DNA from: Botryllus schlosseri
Taxonomy: Eukaryota
Length of the DNA stretch: 64,000 nucleotides
Assembly: GCA_051294905.1 (NCBI GenBank)
Contig: CM119372.1
Coordinates: 27,592,001 to 27,656,000, forward strand
Direction of reading: 5' to 3'
A program made the translations under genes and the position numbers. The notes beneath the pieces are model-generated. The model had not been told where the DNA came from. It saw only the letters and a list, made by a program, of their open reading frames with translations, and searched no databases. Positions within the stretch are counted from its first letter, which is position 1. Each line of letters begins with the position of its first letter. Positions 1 to 12,439 of this stretch are shown piece by piece.

Positions 1-120
1 TTGACATGTCAAAAAAAAGTCAAAATTAGGTCAAAATTGTAGCGTTAGGTCAAAATTTGTCAAAATTGTTTACAAAATTTGTCAAAATTGTGTACTAAGT
101 CAAACATTTTTTGACCTCTG
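1..120. repeat. End of a MITE-like element with GTCAAAAT subterminal repeats (truncated by window edge)
   Basis: Several GTCAAAA(T) motifs, ending ...TTGACCTCTG (CAG terminus on minus strand). Confidence 0.5.
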
Positions 121-299
121 CATTTCGTTTGTATCGTAGATTTTGCGCTGTCGGTGAACTTATCATTTGATATTTTACAGCTTGTAGCCTACTTTATAGG
201 CCTACCGTTGTAAACGGACCATCGTCTGCTCATTGTGAATCATAAAGGGTCAAATGAAACAAATAGTGACATGGTTTTATGGTCAACGTACCACAATAT

Positions 300-727
300 C
301 CTAGCTGAAGCAAGAATACTTGGACATTGCATGGTTTTTATATCAAGAAGCGCAAGCTTAAAAATTGTGATATAGACAACATTGTCAGAATGAAGCAACA
401 CGGTTTGTCACCAGCAGTGCGCACACAACTTGAGTGTTGTCAGCCAACAAATGCTGCTGTTGAACGTTCTTTCTCCGTTTTTGGCAAGCTACGTAGTAAG
501 GACAGACACTTCCTACCCGAGAATGTAGGAAAGGATCTTTCGTTGTACTACAACAAATTTTAATTATTTCCACCAGAATACGCCCCCCCTATCGCCCCTT
601 CCTATTTTCGCCCCCCGTCGCCCCCTTTGTCCATTTTCGCCCCGCTGTCGCCCCCGTCGTCATTTTCGCTCCCCTAGACCGCCAAATCGACCCTTGGGGG
701 CGATATCGCCCACGTTGGGAACCACTG
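300..727 (+). mobile_element. hAT transposon 3' remnant: C-terminal transposase fragment plus TIR
   Basis: ORF 327-563 has PTNAAVERSFS...LRSKDRHFL (hAT C-terminal motif); CGCCCC subterminal repeats; terminus GTTGGGAACCACTG at 727 matches the left end of the element at 9568. Confidence 0.75.
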
Positions 728-3442
728 CCTTAGCCTATACATGGAAATTTGCAAATTAGCTGAATGATAATGATTACCTTGGAATATAAGCTGTTTGATA
801 ACGATCCTTTACTGTTTCGCAGCATACGCTTCTACCGTTAAATGTGACGTTGATTTGGTTGAAATTCTATGATATTAGCTTGTATAGCAGCATCCTAAAA
901 TTGAAAAAATAACCATGAGGCATACGGTAAACGTTTAGTTGACAATTTGGATTGGATTCGAAAGGCCCACGACATCCGAAATGTGTACTGATGTTGTAGC
1001 CTTGACTTGCTTATGCTTGTAAATAAGCGAGTTAAAGTACAATTTTGTGACTATCCTACGCATAGTATATTACTCACCAACAACATATTTGATTTCACAT
1101 TCACAGAGTAAGAGTCTGCTACTAATAGCAATCAGTCCTTGAATCTAACAAAAAGCAGATTTGTGCATATGCACAGATCGTGTGTATGTCATATCATGAG
1201 TCAAGAAGTGCATATATTATGATTTGTTTATATTAATCGAAAGGATAGTTGGATAAACTTTGGCAAGGCTATGTTTGCCTCTTCATATTGGTCAAAACAT
1301 TGAAGACCCAGCTAATCCGTGCATTGTTGCACAAGGAGTTGACCGCAGTAGTGCGCATTGCTACTCAAGCAATAGATGTCAATTTCTCATATAGAAGTGG
1401 CTATGTCAAATCCATGTCAAGCTGCTTCAAATTAAAATAAATATATGAACAGAACTCAGAGAAGTAGTTTCAAAAGAACTAGTCTGGTTGATGGGTCACA
1501 TACTCTTAATAGATAGTCTGAGTTGGCCACTGCAAAATATGTTCAATGAGGTAAGCCTGTTCCTAGTCAAGTCTCTCATATTCATAGTGATAGCAATATA
1601 GCATCGTCATATTTTCACCCATGTCATAATATAATTAACATTTACTGGCCCCAATTTACGGGGATCGAAAGATTTTATCAAATGTCCATTGCTCACCTCA
1701 GATACCATTGCTTCATATGCTTCAGCCCTTTGCTGTTTGTATGTTACACTTGTTTTCTCATGAGGAGAAATCGATAATTTCATTCTTCAAGAGCCCCAAA
1801 TTTGCGATCTTTGCCCATGCAAGTCTGAAGTAGAATAGATACCCGTAATATGTTTACCTTCCTACCATAACATAACATAATATATAATGTGTATATAGCT
1901 CAGTGATAATGACAGGGTGATTGGCCTATAAACATAGCTCTGCATAGTCAGTGCTAGGCTACCCTTTACACTTAAAGAGGTCGTGATGTGCTTTGGTAAT
2001 CAATATAACGACAATCGAGTCGATTTTTTTTTCAATGCACTTACAAACGATGTCGCTCAAACCCAAATTACCGTACCGTAGTTTATAATCATAGCTAATG
2101 CTGGACCTGTCAACAGTATCTCCATTAGAGACATTGAGGTACTGTGTCTTGGAGATTGGCATCGGTACTGGTGATACAACAATTTATGTGAATTCAATGT
2201 ATCGTCACTACCGGTACGTTTAAAATTCCAACTTGCTACATATAATTCTGTTCAGTACAGCTGCGACACTGAGTAACAGGAATCGGATCTGTACTGGAAA
2301 CGCAACGGAACAAATGTTCTCTACTACAATAGTACAGATACGAAATGTAACTCACCATCCAGATATTTTCAATCTCGAAAGAGGCTTTCTTCACAGATTC
2401 ACGGCGACTAATACGGTCAGTCGATAGCCAGTCTAGTCTCTTAAGCGCGGAAATACGGCATATAACGAAACATTTTACATAGCTGTAGCCAAACATAGCA
2501 GCAGCTGTTCTGGTGACGACGGTTTGTATTTGTATTATGATGTGACAATTGACTCACTGATGTAATAACTATATTGAAGTTAAGGATCTCCGGAATATTT
2601 GTATGTATACTATAATTGATTTATCGGAAATATGGATTTGATAGCTTTGAAGCTGCAGATTGCATCATAATAAGCTTCAAAAAGTCTTGCAGTACTAGAT
2701 TTATCTTCATAGATCGAACCATTGATACGATCCGAAAGCTGTATGCGAATTGTCTGTTAGGCTTAGTGTGCAATTCATAAAGCTACCAAATAGTGAATAA
2801 CACATCAATATAGATATGAAAATAACCAGGAAACTTTGCCCAATTTAGTCCCTCTTTCGCCCAATTCAATGATTGTTCCGTGACGTAACCTGGTGTTCCA
2901 TTCTAATTTGAATTCTTGCTACGCCCATATTGCGTACTGCTCATATACGTTGTGGCTGAAATTTAACTCCTTCTAGTATTCCCAGCTCTAAATACCCTTA
3001 ACCTGCATTATATTGTGGTTATACACTAATGCTGTGCGGAATAGGCCCGATATATTTTGTACATATAGGCTACGTACAATGTACAATTGTGCATTTGACG
3101 TGACATGAAAGAAATTATAAACCAGTATCGTGACAACTTCATAATGTGTCGTATTTTTGCGACACACTTGAGATACATCGGTCACACTATAGTAGACAGG
3201 GTGAAATTTCAGCCAAAGTACGAGTACCGCAGTGCACGATAAATGTGAATTACAATCTGATATTGCGGACTTAGCTATTATTCATTCATGTCAATGTAGC
3301 ACACTGTAGTTGACTCTGTCAACGTGAATTGGACTTTAGCGTATTATTAGGACTATCATGTGTGGCCAACATACATTGTATCTTACATCTTGTAACTAGT
3401 CAAAGCCAGTATCGTTCTTGTGTATTGCGCAAGTTTTAGAAA

Positions 3443-3793
3443 GATATATCTGCCTTTTTCGTACCGCGACTATTTCGCGATCCGTATTCCTACTGGCTAA
3501 ATTTCACCAACTTTGTTACGTAAAACTGGGTTTTAAAAAGATATCTCTGCCTTTTTCGTACCGCGACTATTTCGCGATCCGTATCCCTATTGGCCAGACT
3601 TCACAACCTCTGTTACGTAAACTAAAGTGCTACATTGATATCGCTGCCCATTTAGTGTCGCGAGTATTTCGTGATACTTCGTGATCCGTATTCCTATTGG
3701 CTAAATACTGCATGATGCTTTCCGCAATTCGTTTCCCTCATTGGCTAAATACTGCATGACGTTTTCCGCAATTCGTTTCCCTCATTGGCTAAA
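3443..3793. repeat. Tandem repeat block (about 97-bp duplication plus about 45-bp units containing ATTGGCTAAA)
   Basis: CTGCCTTTTTCGTACCGCGACTATTTCGCGATCCGTAT twice; TTCCGCAATTCGTTTCCCTCATTGGCTAAA twice. Confidence 0.8.
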
Positions 3794-4509
3794 AGTTGCA
3801 ACCATTGTTTCGTACTACTGTAGTATAGACTTGATCATTTGATCACGTAAGGTCAGACTCATTTTAACCGCTACTAGGACGGACGTTTTCCTTTCTTGTC
3901 GTTTCCACGTGTATACGCAAATACATTCGTGTCAGAGAACTCGCTGTGAATTGAAGAGCTTGCAACAGTAAGGACATTAGGACAACCTATAGGACCACAC
4001 TACTGCTGCAACACGAACTAATACAACGAATGCTTATTTGTCACTGAAGCTGAAACTATATGCGTAGGCGAATTTACTTGATCGAACCTGGTTAAATCCA
4101 TAAAGACTGAACAATGGAACATTGCCAAAGCCTACCCAAGAAGCCTTAAAGACATGGACAACAATAAAGTGGGCGAAAACACGCATTTTCGGTGGATAAT
4201 TCAACCCCAAAGAGAATATGCCCTACACGACCTACAGTTAGACACAGCAGAGAAGTTCTGAAGTGCCCACACAACGATCAGTACAGTGATTCGACTGAAT
4301 TTTTAACAAGAATGCAGACTTGCCGCACTCCTGCCTGCTTAACCAGGCTTCTGACCGACACAGACTTAAAACTTCAACAGTCAAGTTTTGTGGAAGCGGC
4401 TAGCGCGGATTGAATCCCAAACTTCATATTTGTCTGACAAAAGGTGTAATCTTTAACAATTCACCCCAATGCCAGTGCTTGGGGTGTATATCTTATGGTA
4501 TATGTGTGT

Positions 4510-7500
4510 GTGATCAGTCGCTTTAGTCAGTCGCCGAGTGCAGACGTGTATTTCTCGCTCCGCTAGCTGATTGCTTGTCATGATTACGTACAGCTTGGAC
4601 GTGCTGCGCAGTATAGGCAGTAAAGAACAGAGTAGACCAAGTCGCAAAGTGCGACGAAGACTTTACTACCTTAAGATACTGCGTACTCGCCGAGTTGGAC
4701 AATATCAACAGAAAGACTGGGATCTGCCGGGCGGCGCCGGGGACCCGAAGCCTCAACCAAGATCCCTGAGGATTAGCCTAAATGCAAAAGTTAAACTCGG
4801 AACTCTGAACACGAGAACTTTGAACTCTGTATGGCGTCAGGAAGACGCTGCCGCACTCGTGACTGACCTCAAACTTGATGCGTTTGCAATCCAAGAACAT
4901 CGCCAACACTTCACTGAACCATTCCGCGAAAAAGACCTAGGCGCAGGCATCATCATGATCCAATCACCTGCCAACCAAGGCGGAGTTGGAGGCGTCGGTC
5001 TAATCTTATCCGAGCGTTTCCACGCTGAGGCAAAGATTGACGTTATAAACAGCCGCATTATCACAGCCAGCATTCAACTCCGTCGCCGCAAACTGCACCT
5101 CGTGTGCGCGTATGGACCAACTTCTCCGAACACCACTGCCTTCCCAGCTGATACGCTCGCTTTCTACGACCAACTAGAAGGCATTCTATCAACTTACCCG
5201 CAGCGCGACATAACCATGCTGCTTGGGGACATGAATGCCACATTGGCCGAGCGCTCGCAGCGAGTTCGCTTCCCAGTTGGCAACGAGAACAGCAACTCGG
5301 AGCATTTCACTAATCTACTCGACCGCTGCGACCTCATTCCTCTCAACGCCAACTTCTCTATGAAGCCGAAGCGTAGGACGACATTTGACGGTATGCGCCA
5401 ACGCAACACACGGCTGGATTATATCTGCTGCAATGCTCCCGCACGGCGCCATTTCACGAACTGCCGAACGGTGCGCATGCTAATGATGAGCAGTGACCAT
5501 CGCTTGGTGTTGGCCACGCTTCGTGAACACCTCCCGTTCGTCCCGAAGCGCACACCGAAGGAGCCGCTACCAAATTGGTTCGATCTCAAGGACGCAGATA
5601 AGATGAATGTCTTTACCATGCACACACTCCACGCCCTCGAGATCCAAAATACTATACCGACCGCCTTTGCGCCACTTGTAGCAGCAGTCAAGGATGCAGC
5701 CCGTGAAACGCTCGGTGAGGCCCGTAGCAAGCCACGGCCAAAATTAGCCTGGGAATCCGACCCAACAGTGCTCAGTGCACGCCGTAACCTTAAGACTCTC
5801 AGACGTGCTGCGTACACCTCTGGAACACTGGACGCACATAGCGATGCTAACGAGGCAGCTCTGTACCTTGCAAACGTTTACGACGCAGCTCGCAAGGAAC
5901 GAGTCGAAGCTATTGCCCTTTCCGTGGAAAACGAGTTGGAAGCAGGCCGATCAAGAGCAGCCTGGAAAGCCATCGGTGAACTAGTTGGCTTCAAAAGGGC
6001 CCGCGTGAAGGCCTGTACGGAAGACCTCGCTGCACACTTCGAGACCCTGTTATCTACACCTGCACCGGACATCGATGTGCTCGTTGCACCGCCTTCACTA
6101 GCAGCAAATCCTCTAGCGATCAATACAGCCCTGATCACGCTAGGTGAGCTCAAGACAGCCATGCGTGGAGTACCACAATTCAAGGCCACCGGTACGGACG
6201 GCATCCCAACAGCTGCTTACACCTCGGGCGTTGCACCTGTGCTCCTCGACGTCATGAATGACGTCCTAGAAGGCGGCCCGGTGCCCCCTGAGTGGCTCGA
6301 GAGTGAAATCGTCCCAATCTACAAGAAAGGCGCTGCGAGTGACCCAGCGAACTACAGAGGCATCTCCCTGATGCAGACCGCTGCCAAGTTGTTCGACCGA
6401 GTATTGCTCCTTCGCATACGTGAGCAACTCTCTACCAAGCTCCTGAATGCTCAGAATGGATTTCGACCATCTCGCGGTACTACAGAGCACATCCTGGCAC
6501 TGCGCACAATCATTGACACCTGTCGCTCACGCAAAAAGAACGTTGTGGCCGTCTTCGTTGATTTCGCGAAAGCCTTCGACTCGGTCTCGCGCCCAGCCAT
6601 GGCAGAGATCCTCAGATTCTACGGAATTCCTGAGGTGATAACGTACGCCATTATGGCCCTCTACACTGACACACGAGCGCGAGTCCGAACAGATGACGGC
6701 CCAAGCGGAGATTTCAACACTTCGGCTGGTGTGCTTCAAGGTGACACCCTGGCACCATTCCTGTTCGTGGTCATCCTTGACTTCGTCCTGCGAACGGCCT
6801 TCCCGGATAATACGAACTTCTTTGAATGGCGGCCACGGCAAGGAACGCGCACGCGTACGACTCGCGAGGCAATACAAGTAGGTATTCTTGCCTACGCAGA
6901 CGACCTAGCCTTGCTTGCCCCGAACACCGCATCGGCACAGCGCCTCATTAACCACCTAGAGGCCGCCGCCGCTCTCGTTGGACTCCAGATCAACGCCAAG
7001 AAGACTGAGGTTCTGGCCATACCAGCTCTACCGAAGAACGCGACACCGATTCAACTGGGAGAAATCGATCTCAAGTATGTAACGAGTTTTGTGTACCTCG
7101 GTATTGACGTCGCCGACTCTGGAAAAGCGCTCAAGGCGAGGCGAGCAAAGGCCTGGGGCGCGGCAAGACGGCTACATAGCCTCTTCCATTCAAGTGCCTC
7201 AACCCAGCTCAAGACCCGTATCTTCCGTGCCACTGTCGAGCAGGTTCTTCTCTACGGAATAGAGGCACTCACGCTGACAGAGAAGCTGGCTAAGACGCTC
7301 AACGCTAACTATGACGCACTCCTCCGCTATGCACTCGGCATTCACCATCCGGAGCATATATCCACGAATGCATTGCGAGAGCTCACAGGAACGGTCCCAT
7401 GCCGTCTACTGGCTGCTGAACGACGCTTCCGCCTAATCGGCCATCTAGTGCGGCATCAAGACGAGCAACCGGCCGCCGCCATCATCAATTACATTCCGAC

Positions 7501-7718
7501 GGAGCCATGGCGCAGAGGTGGCTGGAATCGGAAAACATGGCGCTCGACAATGGAGACTGACCTAGCGCAACGCGGGCTGTCGCTTGAAGACGCGCACGAC
7601 CGCCTACGTTGGAGACGCTTAATACGAGCCTAAAACTGATTATCTTGATGTATTTTGTTTCCTGTTTTCTTTTGCCCTTTTCATTTTTATTTATCTAATT
7701 GAAAAGTCGATATATATA
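4510..7718 (+). mobile_element. Full-length RTE-type non-LTR retrotransposon
   Basis: Single APE-RT ORF, short 5' UTR, (TA)n tail, 11-bp TSD TATATGTGTGT at 4499-4509 and 7719-7729. Confidence 0.9.
4580..7633 (+). CDS. AP-endonuclease/reverse transcriptase polyprotein (RTE-like, about 1017 aa from first ATG)
   Basis: APE motifs GTLNTRTL, IQE, LGDMNA, LDYI, SDH; RT motifs PIYKKG, NYRGISL, QNGFR, FVDFAKAFDS, GVLQGDTLAP, LAYADD, YLG; no stops. Confidence 0.95.
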   Translation: MITYSLDVLRSIGSKEQSRPSRKVRRRLYYLKILRTRRVGQYQQKDWDLPGGAGDPKPQPRSLRISLNAKVKLGTLNTRTLNSVWRQEDAAALVTDLKLDAFAIQEHRQHFTEPFREKDLGAGIIMIQSPANQGGVGGVGLILSERFHAEAKIDVINSRIITASIQLRRRKLHLVCAYGPTSPNTTAFPADTLAFYDQLEGILSTYPQRDITMLLGDMNATLAERSQRVRFPVGNENSNSEHFTNLLDRCDLIPLNANFSMKPKRRTTFDGMRQRNTRLDYICCNAPARRHFTNCRTVRMLMMSSDHRLVLATLREHLPFVPKRTPKEPLPNWFDLKDADKMNVFTMHTLHALEIQNTIPTAFAPLVAAVKDAARETLGEARSKPRPKLAWESDPTVLSARRNLKTLRRAAYTSGTLDAHSDANEAALYLANVYDAARKERVEAIALSVENELEAGRSRAAWKAIGELVGFKRARVKACTEDLAAHFETLLSTPAPDIDVLVAPPSLAANPLAINTALITLGELKTAMRGVPQFKATGTDGIPTAAYTSGVAPVLLDVMNDVLEGGPVPPEWLESEIVPIYKKGAASDPANYRGISLMQTAAKLFDRVLLLRIREQLSTKLLNAQNGFRPSRGTTEHILALRTIIDTCRSRKKNVVAVFVDFAKAFDSVSRPAMAEILRFYGIPEVITYAIMALYTDTRARVRTDDGPSGDFNTSAGVLQGDTLAPFLFVVILDFVLRTAFPDNTNFFEWRPRQGTRTRTTREAIQVGILAYADDLALLAPNTASAQRLINHLEAAAALVGLQINAKKTEVLAIPALPKNATPIQLGEIDLKYVTSFVYLGIDVADSGKALKARRAKAWGAARRLHSLFHSSASTQLKTRIFRATVEQVLLYGIEALTLTEKLAKTLNANYDALLRYALGIHHPEHISTNALRELTGTVPCRLLAAERRFRLIGHLVRHQDEQPAAAIINYIPTEPWRRGGWNRKTWRSTMETDLAQRGLSLEDAHDRLRWRRLIRA

Positions 7719-7729
7719 TATATGTGTGT

Positions 7730-7864
7730 AGGGGTGTGTTCGGCTCATTTCCACCAATAGCTTAGGTGTAAATGACAAAGTTCGTACCCATTAGGTGTGA
7801 TGACCCAAAACACACCCTACGCTAGGGTGTGAATTACGAAAACACACCATTTTCGTTTACAGTG
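7730..7864. mobile_element. Right end of a putative CACTA/EnSpm-like non-autonomous element hosting the RTE
   Basis: Ends ...TTTCGTTTACAGTG then TA; GGTGT/ACACC subterminal motifs continue on both sides of the RTE (4440-4500 and 7730-7860); left end not found. Confidence 0.4.
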
Positions 7865-7910
7865 TAGTAGTCGACAAACACCATGAATACCCCAAAACAA
7901 ACAAACAAAA
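7865..7910 (+). mobile_element. 3' tail fragment of the tRNA-derived SINE
   Basis: TAGTAGTCGACAAACACCATGAATACCCCAAAACAAAC matches the 3' end of the SINE at 34373-34648. Confidence 0.75.
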
Positions 7911-7982
7911 CCATATAATAAGTTATACAGCCAAGGGCTAAATTGAATTATTAAGAAAAAAGGTACTGGTATAGATCTAGAC

Positions 7983-9530
7983 CAGTGGTTCTTAACCTTG
8001 CCCCCAGCGCCCCCCAGGGGGCGCTGGCGATCTTGAAGGGGGGCGGAAACGCTCAGGGGGCGATATGGGGGGCGCTGGGCTCAGGGGGGCGGTATGGGGG
8101 GCGCTGGAGAAAAATGGCTTTGCAGTAGATGATGTGGTGATAGGACATATCCTTAATGAGTATTCAGAGCAAATTAACACCGAACACTTCGTTACATATA
8201 GCCTTCAAAATACATATAGGTTTAATTGTTCAATGTCCATGGGCGCCAAAATGACTGACACCGAATGTTCCTGTCTTGGCAATCTGAACCCCAGAAGACG
8301 AATTCCATCTGGCAGGGAAAAATTATAAGTCAGTGAAGAAATACCAATCTGAAATCGTGTGCGTCTATTAATTTAGTACGATTGGGCGACAGGGATATTC
8401 ATGTTGGGCGATATCCCCGTTTAGTGATTCTATATTTTTTGATATTGCAGACAGGGGGTGACGAAATAACATCATGCAACAAAGTCATCCCAACGGGATC
8501 GCCCGCCCGAATATGTTTAATTATTAGTAACGGGCCCTACAGTTTCCAAGAAACCTCACAATGTTCGCTTTAAGTTTTGATGAGTCTGCGCACACTCAAC
8601 AACTCAATGCGCTGACCCTTGGACAACAGTGCGTAACGACTAAAAAAAGGTAACGGATTTGTTGTGTGCAACGTAGATTTTCTGTGTGCAGAGACCGTGT
8701 CAGCACTGCGCACGTGCGCAGCTTAGAGGGAATATTGCACCTCACTCAGCTCTACCGGTAAATGTGTTTACGTGAGCAGAGAGAGAATAAAAATTGATCT
8801 CAATTTACATGCAATTCCCGATGATATTGACCAATTCAATCATTATTAGTGAAATTTTTCGCACTTCGCGCGAATAGACGAGAATAGCTGCCTCAGTAAA
8901 TGGACACCCAATGTAGATACCTAATAGGCTATCACCAAATAGCGGACAGCCTAATGGGGGTCTGGGAGTGAAGTCCCCCGGAAGTTTGGTTTATCACCCG
9001 ATGAGGGCCCAGGACCAACGTTTTTTTGTTTGGGGGCTGACGAAGTGCTGTTACGGCCCTGATAACGAATAATTGTACCTGCGGGCACGCCTGAATATGT
9101 TTAATTATTAATTACGGGCCCTTTATTTTCCTATACAACAGCTCACTCAGTGCTACTGGTAAATCTGATTACGTGGGCTAAGAGGATAAAAAGTTTATAG
9201 CGACTTATATATGTAATTACCACCTATTCATTCATGCATTATGGAAAATTTTGGTACCTAGGGCGACTAGGCCACACAAACTTTGCTGACCATCAAAATC
9301 ACGATATGGGGTTCGTGGGGGCGAAGCCCTCAGAAGTTCGGTTTATCACGCTATGGGTGCGCAAGGCAATCGTTTTTAGGGGGTTAACGAAGTGCTGTTA
9401 GGGCCCTCCCTCTTACTCATTGTCTTTATTACATTCCTTACAATATGAAGTTGGGGGGGGGGGGCGGGGGCGCTGGAGCACGATAATTTTTGAAAGGGGG
9501 CGCTGGAAGAAAAAAGGTTAAGAACCACTG
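7983..9530. mobile_element. Non-autonomous hAT element (family H) containing a family-A fragment
   Basis: TIR CAGTGGTTCTTAACCTT at both ends; perfect TSD ATCTAGAC (7975-7982, 9531-9538). Confidence 0.9.
8559..8737. mobile_element. Short hAT MITE (family D) inserted in family-A sequence
   Basis: Ends CAATGTTC.../...AGAGGGAATATTG; flanking ACCTCA duplication; same ends as 27162-28680. Confidence 0.7.
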
Positions 9531-9567
9531 ATCTAGACCGATGCTTTCACCCATTTTTTGGTTAGAG

Positions 9568-10872
9568 CAGTGGTTCCCAACGTGGGCGATTAAGCAATCT
9601 AGGGGGCGAAAACACCGAAGCGGGCGATAGGGGGGTGAAAACGGACGAAGGGGGCGAAAACAACGAATGGGGGCGATAGGGGTGATAACTCGTTAAAACG
9701 GCTATCATGGAGTCCGGAACGTAACTGCTACACTCCAAACCCCCAATTGGGGGCCGAACTCGAAGGAAATTAATTCGGTAATTAACATAAATTATAGAGT
9801 AATATTTTAGAAATTCATGCAACTTATTTAAAAATTTCCGTGCTGCGCGCGATTTGATATTGTCTTTTATCTTGATTTGGGGGTACCCTTCCCCCAACAA
9901 AAATACGCTTGATTTATGGAAATGGAGACTTCGGCGCCAGCCATTACTGCGCCACGACGAACCAAGACATATGAAGTTATCGGCCATGTAACATGCGACT
10001 CCAAGAAGGGTGCCAGGACGATGAGCAACGAGAAGACCTTGGCCCAAAAGGAATGCCCTTGTGCTGACCGAAAACTCCGATATATATACATATATGTTTA
10101 ATTACCCATAGGCGCCTAAATGACTGGCGTCGAATGTTCATGTTCTGGCGATCTGAACCCTACAGCACAAATGTCATCTCCGCAGGGAAAAATTATTTGC
10201 CAGTAAAGAAATATCAATTTGAAACCATGTGCGTCTTTTACTTTGATACGATTTGGCGATTTCCATATCTTTTGACATAGCAGATATAGGAGGTCTCGAA
10301 ATAGCATCATGTAACGAAGTCAATATAACAACGGGTCCGCCCGAAGATGTTTAATTATTATTTAGGGGTTCTACCATTTCTAACACACCGCACTCAGCTG
10401 TCCGGTAAATCTGATTACGTGAGCTGAGAGAGGATAAAAATTGATAGCAATATATATGCAATACCCGACCATATTGACCGATTCAAACATGAATTATAGA
10501 AATTTGTCGCGCTTCGCGCGTTTAGGCGAAATACGGTGACCCACCAAACCGTACATGGAATAGGGTATGACTTATATGTAGCGACGTAAAGCCCAATGGC
10601 TGAGGGGGTCTGGGGGTTGGTTTAACACCCTATGGGGGCCCAAGACCAACATTCTTGTCTTAGCGTTGACGAAGTGCTGTTGCGGTCCCGATGGGAGTCA
10701 AGTCGGAGAAATGACCGTTTTTTAATCAACTCACGAAAATTTAGCTGTAAAAGCATAATTTCGAGGTTGAGCCAGTTTGTATGCCCATTTTTCGGTTCCC
10801 AATATTTGGGGGCGATGATCGGTGTGGAGCTTCAAAAGGGGGCGATGAGTCAAAAAAGGTTGGGAACCACTG
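9568..10872. mobile_element. Non-autonomous hAT element carrying a family-A copy (about 9714-10690)
   Basis: TIR CAGTGGTTCCCAAC; TSD GGTTAGAG/GGTTCGAG. Confidence 0.85.
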
Positions 10873-12439
10873 GGTTCGAGGATGAAATCATTCGAGGATA
10901 TTTCAGACACATATTTGATGCAAACTGCAGGATATAGCAAGAACAATAAATGTTACATTTACTATCAGATATGTAGGTCCCATGCCCCATTCAGCTTTTC
11001 CAGTGTAACTTGAAACTCTTATATGCTCGATAAATTGCATCAGGATGAATATCTTAGGGATAGCAGGCCTATTGAAGAAGATTTTGAAATCGAAGATGAT
11101 TCAGAACGTAGAGTAGGCCACCAACACGAGTAATTGATCTGATAGAAGCTTTAGGACTTGTAATAGAAATCTTTGTAACTTTCAACATCCTTGCCAAGTG
11201 AGAAAAAATTACTTGGCAAGGTAGGGACAGCCTTTTCTTCGAAGACCTACTTTCGGTAGCTCTGTGTATTGCCGTTAAACTAGCATTGACATGATACTGT
11301 TGCCATGGATTACTGGAGGAGTTAGGAATCCCGATTTACATCTCAAGTGAATGGCAAATGCCCATCAGTAGCTCGAAAAAGTTCCAAAAGCGTGGCATTC
11401 TCCGAAATGGCAACGTCCTAGTTGCATTAATATTTGCACACTCAGTTAGTCTTGGTGAATATTACAGAAACAGTGAATTGTTACAATATCACGAGCACGA
11501 TTGGATCATATGTGTCAGCTTTAAAATATTGTGTTTTCTTTGTGGTCAGACAACAAGGATGCACATGTAACCCTGATACCCAGGTGTCAGACAACACACA
11601 TTCAAAAAAGCTAAAATATCTAAATAATTTCCCCGAAAATCATGACATAGTCAGAGATGGACAAAGTGAACATGTCCTCAACATCTGAAGACGACGGGGG
11701 AATGGGGGTAAGTTACCAGAGTAAATTGAAGCTTACATATGTTAGCTCTCTATTGGTCGAGTATCAAACTAGACAACCTACAGAATTATGGGCTATTAGC
11801 GTAAATTTGGACCCTGAAACTCTTTCTGTTGTAGCAATATCAGTTTAAATCAGCCAAATAGAGCTGTGCAAATGTTTATTTGAAGTCAATTGATTGATTT
11901 ACTATCGACTGTTTGCGGTTTTTGAAACATTTTATACGATAAGCACAGAATAATAAAAGTAGGTCTATTATGTGAGTTATGTGACAATGTGGTGGGTGCC
12001 TAACCCTAAAACTTGACCAGTTATGCACACGACTCTGCGGACCATGCAAGGAGATTACAAAATCGGATAACGGAAAATCGAAAACTGTTACCGACACCAA
12101 ACCAACCCATCTACTGGATATGAAAGGGTCATGGCAGTCCGAAATTCTTTCATTTAAACCTGGGTAATACTTCGGTCTACATGGTGCCTTCATGCACCAA
12201 TCTGCTCATACCAGTTGTTCCCCCGACAGATCTGCTGGTTTGGTCAATTACTACTCCTTTTTACAAGTACTCGGGTAGGTTTTGCGTACTTGTACCACTT
12301 GAGAAGGTATCTTCTCAAACTACTGTCATTTCTACTTAGTTACAACGATTCATTTTACATGTTGTAAAGTAGAATGACTTTAGATCTATTTGCGTCACTT
12401 TTTTGGGTGAAACCGGCATTACTATCGTGCGATAGAGCC

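Noticed and set aside
4510..4580. HDV-like ribozyme at the RTE 5' end
   Set aside because: Could not assign the nested double pseudoknot by eye
4837..7233. Antisense and alternative-frame ORFs inside the RTE (likewise within the Gypsy)
   Set aside because: Expected shadows of long coding frames
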